From Harriotta raleighana (lineage: Eukaryota), in NCBI GenBank assembly GCA_050575255.1, contig JBNZDD010013677.1:1640770-1704769 (forward strand): 64,000 nucleotides of DNA. The letters are read 5' to 3'. The translations under genes and the position numbers were made by a program. How positions within the stretch are numbered: the stretch's first letter is position 1; every line of letters begins with the position of its first letter. Positions 27,712 through 41,579 of this stretch are shown in pieces. Under the pieces are notes generated by a model. That model was not told where the DNA came from. It did not search any database and saw only the letters and a program-made list of their open reading frames with translations.

Positions 27712-28113
27712 ATAATAATAAAAATCCTTGCATTTGATATAGCATCTTATCATATCTTTGAGACATCTCAAAGCGCTTCACAGAATATACTGTAAAATGG
27801 ATTGACTATTTTGTGGGAAAAACATGGCAGCCAATTGTGTACAGCAGTGTCCCACAAACAGTCTTGAAATGACTGACCAAATTATTCTCATTATTCTTTA
27901 ATATTTTTAAAGGGATTATTATCCCCAGAAAAGCAATCCGTCAATCAACTAACAACCAGGCTCCAACTTATTGCTAGGTAAACAGAAGCATCTGGAGTAA
28001 GGAAACTTGCCCAACATTTTGCCCTGCCTGGAATTGAACCCAGGTCCTGTTGTTTGTGAGGCGAGTACTCTCACATGCGAGGTGAGTACTCACACCACTA
28101 CGCTACAGGACTC
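27712..28113 (-). mobile_element. Near full-length tRNA-derived SINE
   Basis: On -: A box TAGCGTAGTGG, B box GGTTCAATTCC, conserved core and (ATT)n tail. Confidence 0.85.
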
Positions 28114-28419
28114 ATTAGGAACATAAGAGAAGATCATTCAGCCCCTCAAGCCTGTTCCACCATTCTCTGAGAATGATCATGACTGATCTACCCTTGCTTT
28201 CATGTCACACATAATCCCCATCCTCCATATAAACTAGTTATATCCTGGCAAACAGAACCCAAAATATTGGTCTCTCACCCCATGAGCTATTTGTGCCACA
28301 TGTGTTGTGTGCAAAAAAGCTGTCGTTTATGCCCACAAAACACACTGTGCCTACACTTTACAGTAACATTTTGAGAGATCCTCCCAATGTGAAAAGTGCA
28401 ACACCAAATGTATTAATTC

Positions 28420-28970
28420 CATGACTCTACCCCTGCCTCATCTCTCAGGCCATCAAAACCCTCATACACCTATTTGTTACCTCAAGGCTCAACTACAGAA
28501 ACTGCTTCCAGAAACTTCAGAAACAGAAACTCTGCCTGTGATCATGAACTATGCAACCCCATCACCCCCACCCTCACCCATCTCCACTGCCTCCCGAACC
28601 ATCATGTGACGGGGATAGATTTCAAAATCTTCGTTCTCACTTTCAGGGCCCTACACGACCTTGTCCCCTCCCACCGCTCTGATCTGCTCCCAGCATTCAG
28701 CACAGGCTCCGGCCTGCACCATATCTCCCACCCTACCCATCCCATCTTTGGCGACTGGGCTTTCAGCCTCTCTGCCTCCATCCTTCGGAACTTCATTCCA
28801 TAATTCCTTTGCCTTGCTTCCTCTCTTGCCTCCTTCAAGGCAAGACTCATGATCCGCCTTTTCAACTGCGCCTTCAGCTACCGTCGTATTCTACCCTGTC
28901 TCATCCCAACCCTGACTGTTCAGCACCTTGGGATGTCCTCCTGATGTGAAAGGCACTTTACAAATATAAT
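28420..28970 (+). mobile_element. L2 LINE 3' end, decayed
   Basis: PITPTLTHLH and IDFKIFVLTFRALHDL motifs plus L2 tail. Confidence 0.8.
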
Positions 28971-29864
28971 TTTTAAAATTCTAATAGTATAATAATTCTT
29001 ATTTAATGCCTTGCTCTTTTTCATATACTCTAATACTATCCTCTACATGTGCCAATCCAATTGGTTGTGCTCCAAAGGTCTCCTTGGCGGCCTATATCTA
29101 CTCCGACCACTCTGGGAACATTTGTTTCTCAACTTGCCCTGTCACACCCTGACGTCCTTGAATCCCCGACCTGCAGAAACAGTGATTTGGTCATTCTCTC
29201 CATCTCTGTTTGGTGAACATCGCTGTGTTCACATCGGCTGCTATCGTTTCAGTCACTACACATTTCAGTGAATCCTGTGAAGGTTCTTGCACCTTTCACA
29301 TTGGGAGGATCTTACTCTGCTTGTAACAAATCCAACAACTATCATCCTTAATTACCTTCCCAAGTCCTTCTATTATCTTAAACAGGTCATCGTATCATAT
29401 CATTATCAATCCTCTGCTCCACCGCTCTGATCTCTCTAGCTCTCCTCATAGCTTCACTTCCCGCCTACCTCATAGCGATATGCAGAAGAGTGCCGAGAGA
29501 GTAAATATCTGCGGGGCAGGGAAAGAGTTTAATTCTCTCTGCGCATTCAGCAAATTTCAGGACAGAAATGGATTGTTTGGTACTTGTGCGTACCTGGGGA
29601 GGGGGAGAGGGTTAATCAATTCAGCGTCAAAAATAAAATCTGCAACAGTCATCAAGCAGCGGTGCTCAGCAAAGCACACTCCAGCAGATTGATCTACCTA
29701 CAAGCAAGCCCAGCCATTAATGCACACAGCTCCACACACCAGGAGTGTTTTTAATTATACACTAGCTACACATCGGGCAAACAGTGATTAACCCTTTTAC
29801 TGATTGCCTTTCGTACCATCGTATGTCTGAGCTGCCCATTCCAGTGTGTTAACTGATTGCTAAT

Positions 29865-30075
29865 AATAATCCCTCCAAAAAAAACCACAATAATAAAATT
29901 GGTCATTTCAATCCACGACTGTTTGTGGGACGCTGCTGTGTGCAATTGGCTGCCGCATTCCTCCTACAAATATACAGTCAATTCACTTTACAGTATATTC
30001 TGTGAAGCGCTTTGGGACGTTGATAAGATGTGAAAAGCGCTTTATCAAATGCAAGGATTATTATTATTATTATTA
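29865..30075 (+). mobile_element. SINE 3' half
   Basis: Near-consensus core and (ATT)n tail. Confidence 0.8.
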
Positions 30076-30879
30076 ACTGTGACCTGCCCTATCCCGTGTG
30101 TAAGTGTAAGCTGTCTCATTCAGTGTAAGCGTATGTGTGTGCCAGCCTGGCTCAGCTTGCTTCTGAATCAGAAGTTTGGTTGACACTTGGTTGACTATCC
30201 AATGCTGGAGGAGGGTTGCATTGTTGGAGGTCTATCCTTTGTTCGAGGCGTTAAACCGGGAAGGGGTCTGGGTGATGTTAAAGATCCCATCACACCATTC
30301 AAAACAAGAGAAGAGAGTTCCTCCCTGTGTCCTGGCTTTACAATCTCCAGATAAACCGAGCAATCCCATTGCGATTGCTTGTGTGTGCAAATTAGCTGCA
30401 GTGTTTACCTACTGACACACCATCACAACATGTGATAGAAATAACTTGTGAAGGTGCTTTGCGATGTAGCAATGGTTTAGGTGTGACCTAGAAAGCGAGG
30501 ATTAGCAATAGGTGGGTAATGAACCGGGGCTAAGAGCGCGACAGCCCTGCTCTCCAATGGAACTGTTCGCTGTCAGAGACAGCAGGTGGCTCAGGTTGAG
30601 TTGTGTGCTGTACAGGGAGCGAATGTTTTGCTGACGGAGAATTGTAAAGTCATTCATCACCTCCCTGATAGCTGCCGCTGCTCCCTTTTGCTGTGTCAGC
30701 ATTTTCTAGGGTTTTTAACTTTTTTTTCCTCTGTTACTTGTTAGCTCAGGTGCTGGTGAACTGCTCCATCATCAAAGTCGTTTATATATACAGCATTTCT
30801 GTATCTGCCTCTGATTGGGAATGTGGGTCAGGACTTGGAGCACAGGCACTTGGAGTGAAGGAGGGAGCAAGGGAGGGAG

Positions 30880-31270
30880 GGAATGTGAGTCACAGAGCGA
30901 GCAAATTAGTTTAACTGAGTGAGTGGGTGGATGAATGAGTGAGCGAGCGAGAAAATGAGTGAGAGAGCAAGTGAGAGAAAGAGGGAGAGACAGCAAAAGT
31001 CAGTAAGTGAGACAGCAAAAGTGAGAGAGCGAATGTAAGCAACAACAAAGAATAACAAAATAACAACAAAACTACGCTTGTGCAGTGCCTTTCACGTCAG
31101 CAACAGAGTGAGTGAATGAATGAATGAGGAAATAAATGGGAGAATTGAGTGCAAGAGAGTAAGAAAGGGTGAATGTGTGTGAGAGAGTGAACGGGGAGAG
31201 CATGAGTGAGAGCAACAGAGTGAGTGATAAAGCGAGAGAGCCTGAGTGAATGAGTAAGAGAGAGTAAAAG
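30880..31270. repeat. (GA/GAGT)n-rich low-complexity tract
   Basis: Direct reading. Confidence 0.75.
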
Positions 31271-31489
31271 TGAATTGACCTTCTGTAATATTAGTGAAGC
31301 ACACAGCAGTGTCCCACAAACTAATACACTAAATATATAAAATTATTTTCAGAGATAGACAAGCTGAGAAACTGTAAATATGCACTGATCAGCTCAGTCA
31401 TTTAGGATGTGAGTATCCATATATATTCTATATTGTGAGCCTAACGGGCATTCAGATATACTGTGGGCACGTTTCCTTACTCCATATGC

Positions 31490-31720
31490 CTAATAATCCC
31501 TCAAAAAAAATAAAGTTTTCATTTAAATCCACAACGTTTGTGGGACTCTGCTGTGCGCAATTGGCTGCCACAGTTCACCCAAATATATTCAGGCAATTCA
31601 ATTTACAGTATATTCTGTGAAGCGCTTTGAGAAATCTATAAGATGTGAAAAGCACTGTATCAAATGCAAGGATTATTAAAATTTTATTATCATAATAAAT
31701 ATATAATAATATTATATTAT
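31490..31720 (+). mobile_element. SINE 3' half
   Basis: Same core and tail. Confidence 0.75.
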
Positions 31721-32019
31721 TGCAAGTGGGGTGAGGGGGAGGGAGAGGTGACCAAAGGGCAAGGTTGAAGGGATAGGTCTTCGGGTGAGATTTAAAGATA
31801 AAAGGGGCAGAGGATTAGGTGGCAGTGGCTGGTGGTGTGGAAGGGTAGGGAGACTTGCAGGAGGCCTGTGACAGCTGAGCGAAGGAGATGTGTTAAGCAG
31901 TGGGTCCAAGCAAGTCAGGGAAACGAGGTGCGATCAATAGAATGTTTCACAGGGAAAGTGGATAAACATTTAAGGAGCAAAACAAGAGATAAGTTGAAAC
32001 GGAGGTAAATAAAGGGTGA

Positions 32020-32457
<438 letters not shown>

Positions 32458-33390
32458 TAGAGTGTCAGCGCCTCCCCCTGGCCAGGTCAACTCACATCAG
32501 ACAGAAATCCCAGAGACAGATTGTTAGAATGGAATGTGCACTCTCCCTTGAGGGATATATCCTGCTTATCTAATTATGGAAAGTATTAGGCAAAGGTTGG
32601 TGACAGCCAAATTCGGGAACCCCAGAGTGTGCTTTAAGGTAACTGCTGGAGTCTAACCAGGTAACACCGCATAGCTTGCCATAGATAGCATTGTCTGGGG
32701 AGATTGTCCAGCTAGGATCATCCTACCCTTTAAGTCTGTGGCTTGCAGGGTTAACAGGAGATAAGGGGGAGGATTCCCTGCGCCCAGTGACTGGTCTGCC
32801 CTTCCAAGTCAGACCCAGAACCTCGGCAAACTGTTGAAATCAGTTCTAAATCGGAAGCCGCCCCACTGCAGTTCTTTAAAAAGAAGGTTCCTACAAACTG
32901 GCCTCAAAGTGAGGTCCTGTGATTCAAGAATTTGCCATTACCTTCTGAATTGCCAAATCCTGACCCAGGTGGGAGTTTTACTCAAGAGTCTCAGTTTTTT
33001 TGTACATCGGCATCTGGAAGAGAAGCATTGATTAAACATCCGGAAGAACCATTGGAGACCACGTACTCTGCTTGTGGGGAATTCCCTGCTCTTGACTTGA
33101 GTAGACTTGGTTACTGTATGTCAAGTGCATAGTCCTTACAATTTCACTGTATTATTGTAGTTCAGACTAGCATCCACCATGTGGCAGTGTGTGGGAGAGT
33201 GAAGCTACATCGCCACCTTCTGTCTTCAGTGAGGAACAAACCAGGGCAGTGCTTCTCAGTGCAGTATCGGATAATCACCAAATTCAAAGGCTCTGGAATA
33301 ATTGAAAGTTTTTTTTTTAAAAAAGAAAAATCTTAAGAGACAAAAAAAGAAATCTATGCTGTCTATTCCTGACGGGTGTGTTTGCTCTAG

Positions 33391-33526
33391 GGTTGACCAG
33401 ATCATCGGTAAAGGTCAAATTGTGACGGACAAGAAATTGCGAGAGAAAGGAGAGAAAGGCTCTCTGGAAATGGAAGCCATAGATGAGATGAGTATGATGG
33501 GAAGAGTGGTGAAAGTGGAAAAACAG
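33391..33526 (+). CDS. KCNQ4: KCNQ4 exon ([45 protein letters not shown])
   Basis: tttgctctag| acceptor, CAG|gtacag donor, 136 nt. Confidence 0.95.
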
Positions 33527-33534
33527 GTACAGTA

Positions 33535-33900
33535 CAACCTGACACATCCTGACACACGCCCTGACACAGATCCTCACACACACTCTGGTACACCAACTGA
33601 GACACACCCTGTCACACAGCTTGACACACACCCTAATAGACACCCTGACACGCACCCTCACACACACTGGTACACCACTGACACACAACCTGATACATGT
33701 CCTGACACTCGCCCTGTCACACACTCTGATACACGACCTCACACACACCCTGACACACCTCCTTAAACACCCCCTTACCCACCCCCTTACACACCCATTG
33801 ACTCACACCCTGACACACACCCTGACACATGCCCTGACATGGACCCTGATACACACCCACTGGTACACCCACTAACATACACACCCTGCCACACACACTC
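33535..33900. repeat. Degenerate CCTGACACAC minisatellite, about 12-bp unit
   Basis: Direct reading. Confidence 0.85.
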
Positions 33901-34187
33901 ATTCATACCCTCACAGACTTCACACCCACTCCTTATTCACACCAAGGCATTGTAAACTGTTCTGTGTGATACCNTGGCTGACACACCCCTTTACACACCC
34001 ACTGGTACACCCACTAACATACACACCCTGCCACACACACTCATTCATACCCTCACAGACTTCACACCCACTCCTTATTCACACCAAGGCATTGTAAACT
34101 GTTCTGTGTGATACCATCAGTATTGTATAGTGTGCAATGTTCTCAATCCACATGTGTTTTTCACCCCAGGTCTGTGTTATATTTCAG

Positions 34188-34400
34188 GTCCAGTCCATAG
34201 AACAGAAGCTGGATCTGTTGTTAGGTGCCTACAGTCAGTTTCTAAGTAAAGGATCAGCATTGACACTAGCTGCAATGCACATCCCTATCATGGACCAGGA
34301 GCTGACCTCTGACTATCACAGCCCTGTGGACAATGTCGACATCTCCATATCTGCCCAGACATTAAACATATCAAGAACTGACAGCATCAACACGGAGTAA
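34188..34400 (+). CDS. KCNQ4: KCNQ4 last coding exon ([22 protein letters not shown]...[31 protein letters not shown])
   Basis: atatttcag| acceptor; helix D coiled coil and KCNQ4-type short tail; TAA at 34398-34400. Confidence 0.95.
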   Translation, partial: VQSIEQKLDLLLGAYSQFLSKGSALTLAAMHIPIMDQELTSDYHSPVDNVDISISAQTLNISRTDSINTE

Positions 34401-36799
34401 GGTTGGTCAGGTGACCTGGGCTCTGACTGAGTCTGACTGAGATGAACCATGTGGGTTACCACTTTCACAGCTGAAAAGACATCCATCGAAAAGCCCTTTT
34501 CTGTTTATGGTTTTAATTCCATTGAAAAATGCCTTTTTTGTACCAAAAGGACAATTGTTGAGGTACTGAGTACAGCAGCTCGAGGAGAAAGATCCCGAGG
34601 CTCAAAGACATCAATACCCCAAGAATGAATGGCACATAGCACACCTGTCTTTAGTGATTCCACAACCCAAAACAGAAGACACTGTGTGATCCATGAATGT
34701 TCCTCCACAAGGCATGTCCTAAGGCTGCCTGTCTTCCAGTTGCTGCATCCAAGGTGTATGTGTGCGCTGACAATCAGTATTCCTCAAACAGACAGACGGG
34801 TTTAAAACATTCCAATGAGACTGTGTATTATTTTGTGTGGATTTCACAATGAAGGTTGGAAGGAACAATATAGTGAAACCAAGTCTGGCTGCAGTAGGTT
34901 CTCTGGCANATGTGTGCGCTGACAATCAGTATTCCTCAAACAGACAGACGGGTTTCTGGGGGGGGAAAGGTGAATTCCTTTCTCCATTTAAAACATTCCA
35001 ATGAGACTGTGTATTATTTTGTGTGGATTTCACAATGAAGGTTAGAAGGAACAATATAGTGAAACCAAGTCTGGCTGCAGTAGGTTCTCTGGCATCCTCA
35101 AGGAAACAATTTGAAGAATTATGTTGTGGGAAGAGCAAACAACAAGTAGCATCCTTCTGGGGTATTTTATTTGAGTATTAACTATTTGTTTATCTAATAC
35201 ACTTGAAAGCTAATGTCTACACTGATTGAAACTGGTCCCATTGTGGACATGGCAAAAGTGCGCGTATCAGGTCTGTGTGTGTGTGTGTGTGTGTGTGTGT
35301 ATCTCTCTCTCACCCTTCCTCTAACTGTATATGTGTGTGTATGAGTGAATGTGCATGTGTCTTTCTCTGTCCGTATACTTACCTAGATCAGATCTCTCCA
35401 CCTTCTCTGCCCAAGTAAAACCGCCAACCTTGCCACCTTTGTGTGTTACTAAAAACTTTCATTGACATTTTGAAGCTGACTTTACTTCCATATCTGAGCC
35501 CCCTTGTCAACAAGGGACTTTACAGTTATCCATCTTGTGGGTAGGTGTCCCGATCCCAAGATTCCCAGATCCCAGAACTTGGGATCGTCCCCTCGGTGAT
35601 ACAGTGGGCTTTCAGCTCGATCCACACCTCAGAGTTCCAGGGCTCAGGACAATGCTGAATTGGCATATACCACTCCAGACCCCTCACTCCATCAGAATGT
35701 GGGGAAGGTCACCCATTGTGGGCTCAGGGTGGGTCTGCGGGCATTGAGTTGTACAGTATGGAGATGTTCAGTGAGCAGCCCCTACCACAATACACCTGAT
35801 TCAGACTCCTCCACATTGCCACTTAACACCTCGGGCTATCCTGTCTTAGAGCACCAGGCTCCACAAGTTGGTCATCGCCATCTTCACATAGTCATTTGAT
35901 TTAGCATCTTGGGAATCCGAAATCCCTAAATCCCTGGATTTAGAAAGAACATCAGGATTACAACCCCTACTTGCAGGTAAGCAGTGGGCCAATCACTCAC
36001 ACCCACCTGTTTTGTATGTTAAGTTCATTTCTTATTGCTGAAAGAGGAGCATTGAATGCAGGTTAAGTCTAGATTAAGGTNTAGAAAGAACATCAGGATT
36101 ACAACCCCTACTTGCAGGTAAGCAGTGGGCCACTCACTCACACCCACCTGTTTTGTATGTTAAGTTCATTACTTATTGCTGAAAGAGGAGCATTGAATGC
36201 AGGTTAAGTCTAGATTAAGGTTGCCACCTTCTGTAATGAAATAAAATGGTGGTGGGAGGGAGGGTAGTGGAATGGGACCATTTTCAAGTGATAAAACAGG
36301 GTCATCTCTCTCTGATCATCGCTGTGCTCTGTTCCAGTTTCAATCACAGAGCCTGTTTCCCCCTGTACCCCATAACCTTTGCCAATTGTTACTCCTCATT
36401 GATTTGGCTTTCATCCTTTTTGGCCTACATCACCTCCACCCTTACCTTCGTGACTTTCTCACAAGCCTTCACTCTCTCTCCCTCTAAGCCATTGGGCTCA
36501 TCCCTTTCCAGCTTCTCAGTCTCCCTTCCCCCTTAAGATAGACCCTGGTCCAATAATCTAATAATCGCTACCCTGAAGGAATATCTCCTGGGACAGCTAA
36601 TGTGGGAACAGAACAGGTGAGAGTCGGAATTTTGATTCAGCGTCTGAGGTTGCTCTGTTGGGCTTTCAAGGAGGAGAGCCACAACCTGAGGCATTTGATC
36701 ATTCATCTGAAAAGTGAACAGCAATTTAGGGGGAAGAGTTTATCAAGATCAAGACTGTTTTCAGTCCAAATATGAATTCCGTTTTTAAATAAGCAAAAG

Positions 36800-37410
36800 T
36801 AGAAATTAGATATGGAGAAGGAGGCCCTTCGGCCCATTGTGTCATCCCTTACCTCTTTCAAGGGGCCCAAATGAAGACCTTTCTCTTTGACTGTGCCTTC
36901 AGCTATCCTACCAGTTGGTTCCATTTCAATTCCAAATCCCAGTGATGTTCTGAGTGAAGAGGTTCGTTCCACTTTGCCTCTTTTCTGCTGACAATCCTGA
37001 GACCCTCATTTGGCTTCTGATTCCCATTGAACGAAAACATTAGTTTTCCCCATTTACAATAAGGCTGTTCCTCTTCAGTCCCCCTTCTCAATCTCCTTTA
37101 CTCCAGTACAAAGATCCCAATTCAGCAGCCACCCTTCACCTATATATTGTTTGATACTTGGTATCAACCTAGTGAATCTGTGCTGAATTCTCTATATTTG
37201 CATGACATTCTTTCTCGTGATGAGGAGCCTTAAACTGAACACAATACTCCAATTGCAGCTCATAAAATTCCACCATAATACCCCATACATTTCCAACATA
37301 AGTTCCCTACTTCTATGTTCAATAACCCAGTTTATAGCGGCTAGACACCATTTGCCTGTCATCCCACATTTAATAATTTAGGTATTTGTATCCCCAGATC
37401 CCTCCGCTTT
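36800..37410 (-). mobile_element. Decayed CR1 LINE fragment
   Basis: aactgaacacaatactcca (LEYCVQF on -) and a 3' terminal motif at about 36820. Confidence 0.6.
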
Positions 37411-39486
37411 GACACTCTACACATTGAGTGTTTTCCCTTTCAATATATGGTCCAGCTGATTTTTTGCACTGTACACATGTTGAATGCACAGTGCACACAG
37501 GACTTGCGTTATACCTATATAAAGCACTTTGTACAAATGCAAGCTCACTGCTTTGTACAGTGACTCTGAGACCTTCCTCAGAGACAGCCAGTTTAGGGGC
37601 ACTGAGGAGAGATGATTAAATATTACAGGAAGTTTCTAATAGGATATTACTGCACCACATATTGTTACATTAGTTCAGATGTTTTGTCCTACTGTTTACT
37701 TTAAAGGTCGATCTTCATATCTATCCTCGACCATGAAGTTGGTAACAGTGGGGATGAGGATTAACATTGAGGAGTCTATTCCATTGCTGTTGTGGGACAT
37801 TCCTAGTTTAGAATACTACTTTCTAATTTTGCTACAAGGGAATATAGGAATGAACATCATCAGAACAGATCAGAGTCAGTCTCACTCTAAAGAAACAATC
37901 TCTTTTGTGTTTGAGGAGATTCTAAACCAAGAAGGTTTCTCATGTCACTCTTGTGATTATATGCCACGCACCAACACTGATATTGACGTTGCCACCAACA
38001 TTGACGTTTTGCCCACAAAATATAGTCAATTCACTTTACAGTATATTCTGTGAAGCTTTGAGAAGTCATAATGATGTGATAAGGCACAATATTGAGTGCG
38101 AGGATTAGAATTATTACCATCGACTTTGAGGTTGACACTGACACTGAGTTTTCTGTTTATTCTCATCAGATGGACAGTGGTGAGTGGGCTGGTAAGGCAA
38201 CCCAGTGACTCCATTTTTGTTATTCTCTTTTTCTGCCACACTTTGTTTTTTTAAAATAACTGAAGGCAGGAACACAAGCATGACTGTTACATATGAAGAA
38301 TAGAGGAACATGGCCACTTTGCCTACACTCGCGCACGCACACATACACAAGGTTTAGCCACACTAATGTGGATCATGTTTAACCTTCGGAGGTGAGGGAC
38401 AAAGTTCACTGCTTTCTCTGTTCCCGGAGTTCCTCAGGATTTGCAGAGAGTTGGGAAGAGTTCCTGCGAGTGCAGATCAAGTCTAGTCCAAATGGAAAGG
38501 CCTGCACTGAATACCCATCGCTCATTCTAAACTTTGTCATGCCCTGTCCGAGGAGGGTGGTCAAATCAGCTGAGGATCCTACTCTCCTTCACCAAGATGC
38601 AGTCTTGTGAAAGATGACCTTCCGTCATATAAGCAGAGGCCACACCAAACCAGCCTGCAATACTTTGAATCCCACACACACAGTGCTGAATATCACCTCC
38701 CAATATCCCTTTACAAACCCCCATGGATGTATCAACGCATGATGAATAATCAACTGTAGGGTGACTGCCTATGAGTATTCCTGAGATTTTCCTACCCTAT
38801 CTGTAACCAACAGCAGGACCAGGCTGAGCTCTCCATGTTTTGAGGCGTTGAATGAATCGCTGGTTAAGGGTGCTTCCCAGTAATCGACTTTCATTCTTGA
38901 GTTCACAATTGCAGCCACAGATAAGGAAGACAGTCTTCAGGAGACCTTGTGTAACCCTGCATCTGATTAATAATTGAGTATTAATAACATTAATAATACT
39001 AATAATTTGTCGATCAGTAGCTGTCCTGCCTCCAGTCTTGATTCCTGTCGCGTCCCAGACTGCCTGTCTCAGTGGACCTTGCAGTGAGCTGCAAGCGAGG
39101 GTGTCTGTAGTAGACAATAGAATAATGCGATCAAACCAACCGACCAACCGCACGAGAACTTGCATGCAACAGGAATGTCGCAGCAATGTAATCATTTTGC
39201 CTCATTTAGAATGTCCTGCATGAGGTGCATGTCCCTACCAAACAGAGTGCACTTCCTGTTATTTGCTGACCTTAACAAAAGTAGAAAGGAAACAGAAGAC
39301 GACTGACATAAAAAGCGTTTCATTTCCAATATGGTTCATGCAGAAACACTTCCACTCTCCCCAGCTAATAATCCGCATTGTAGTGAAAACAGACTTGCTT
39401 CCCCTATCAGTCTGAAATGTAAAATTTTGTTTTTAACAAAGAAAATGAGAACCTCACTCTGTTAATTATCTATTGTTATTTATTTC

Positions 39487-39492
39487 AATAAA
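39487..39492 (+). terminator. Candidate distal polyadenylation signal of KCNQ4 (3' UTR of about 5 kb)
   Basis: AATAAA ends a repeat-poor AU-rich stretch (about 38800-39500) and is followed by U-rich sequence. Another AATAAA is at 36240-36245. Confidence 0.4.
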
Positions 39493-39634
39493 CTTTTATG
39501 AAGAAGAATTTCATCATTTGCTTCTGATTGAGTTCTGCTCCAATGCTCTTGAGTCATTACCCAATGTGAAGGCTGCTCCACTAATGTTGTATGTTGTAGT
39601 CCAGTGAGGATGTGGTTTTCTTACTGGGAATCCT

Positions 39635-39800
39635 CAATAATAATCTTCGCATTAGATATAGCGCTTTTCAGTAAGCGCTTCATAAAATATACTGTAAAGT
39701 GAATTGACTATATTTGTGGGTGAAACGCGGCAGCCAATTGCGCACAGCAGTGTCCCACAAACAGTCGTAGATTGAAATGACCAATATTTTTTGTTGTTGT
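39635..39800 (-). mobile_element. SINE 3' half
   Basis: Reverse complement of the core gcagccaattgcgcacagcagtgtcccaca. Confidence 0.75.
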
Positions 39801-41579
39801 TGAGGAATTGTATTCTGTCTTCAAGTGGTCATGTTAAACCTCGCTTCTCTAGCCTTTCCTGATAACTGAAGTCCCACATGACATTATTTGAAGAGTTTCT
39901 CCCAGAGTACTGGCTAGCAATTTTCAGTTTTTAATTGATTATTCATTTATTGGCTGTTTGAGGCATCTTATTCTGTGCGAAATGAGTCTCTACTCATGAT
40001 GGAAATGACTAAATTATTTTGAGCCATTTCAACATGATAAGGGTCCATAAAAATGTGAAATTCTCAACAACAACTTGCATTAGCAATCTCTCTTGCCTTT
40101 CCCCTCTTGTTTAAAGTATACATTGACAGTTTTTTCTATATTTAGACTCTCCAGAATTTGGTAAGGAGGATATGTCTCTTATAGTGGACAGAAAAATTAA
40201 TGGAAATTTATTTTTGTAAAACTAGATCAACAGCATTTTAAAAGAAATAAACTTACTGCACAAGTCTGTGACAAACTGGACAAGTTTAGAATTTCAAATT
40301 CACACAATTATTTTCTAATTCAATTGTAGCTATTAAACCAAATAAAGAAGCAGCAGATTATTACACCTCACAGTACATATTCTTAGTTCAAACCTGAAGA
40401 TTATAAGATTTATTGAGGGTGACAAAATTGGTCTGTTTGATCTTAAAAGAAATATTGAAACAGGTTGAATTCTGCTCAGAACTCAGAACAGTTCTGTGGG
40501 AACTCTGCTTAAATGTGTTTTGCTACCAAGTTATCATGGGCAGATTCAAAGTACAGTACATGCAATCGCTTGGAGGATACAGCATTTTCAAATCGTTTAG
40601 CAATCCTGTTGCAAATGAAACATTACAGCATAACTTTCGTGCAATTTGGTCAATGTTCCGGAGCCATTCCCTATTATTGGGACACTATGTTGGCTGCTGT
40701 GTCTCTCAACAACAACAACATTTATCGAGTTAATAAAGGCTGGCCAAGAAACAAGAGAGCTACTTCCTGAACTGTAATTATCTCAGAAAGTTATCATATA
40801 GTTTCAGATGAGAATTCCACCCACATTCGGATATCTAATTACAGCAGCGCTCAACTGAATTGTGATTATTAATGGAAATTGTGTTATTCATATAATTGAC
40901 CTTCGAGACTGAAAATGATCCTTATGTCACTTCAATGACATTAATTTGCTAAATTAAAAGCAAGTCATTAAAATAGATTTTTTATGGGCTCTGCCATCAT
41001 TAAAATGCCTGCAGGTCTTACCAGAGGTATATTTTATTCAAAAGAAGTGTGCTTACTAAAATATAAGATAATTGTAGAGAATATTGTAGAGTATGTAGTT
41101 AGAATAAAATAACAGGGATTTAGTGGTGCATCATTGCAGCGGAGGCTGAGGTGGTAAAAGACTTAATTTACTACCAGTTGAACAGGATCTAAATGAAGGG
41201 AAGTAAACTTTAATCTATTTCTTGACTGGCATCAGATATATATAAATATACAATCTGTCACACTATTTGACGGTGGTGGCAGGTTTAATGGGGATAAATG
41301 CAGAGGGAGTTTCTGTTTAATCCTCATTTGCTTCACACAAAGGAGCAGAGATTGTCCTTCGAGTGCTCCTGCGCAGTTCAGATGAACAGCTCCATGTACT
41401 TCAAGCAAACATGGAAGGAGATGAGAGAAGGTGTAAGAGGTAGGGTTTTAGTTTATGGTCTTCTTGCCTCAAGAGCTTCTTCTTGGACTATACTTTTAAC
41501 CATCTTTCCCTCACATCCCTTATTGGGTGATAAAGTGCCACACAAAAGAGAATTGGAAGCAGAATAAAATCCCACAATA

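Noticed and set aside
28020-28113. tRNA-like sequence with A and B boxes (also at about 20945 and 48530-48604)
   Set aside because: SINE heads attached to the SINE core, not tRNA genes.
33851-34115. 123-bp tandem duplication (33851-33973 and 33993-34115)
   Set aside because: Centred on a single N at 33974; typical contig-overlap artefact.
35941-36221. 140-bp tandem duplication with two differences
   Set aside because: Abuts a single N at 36081; likely an uncollapsed allelic overlap.
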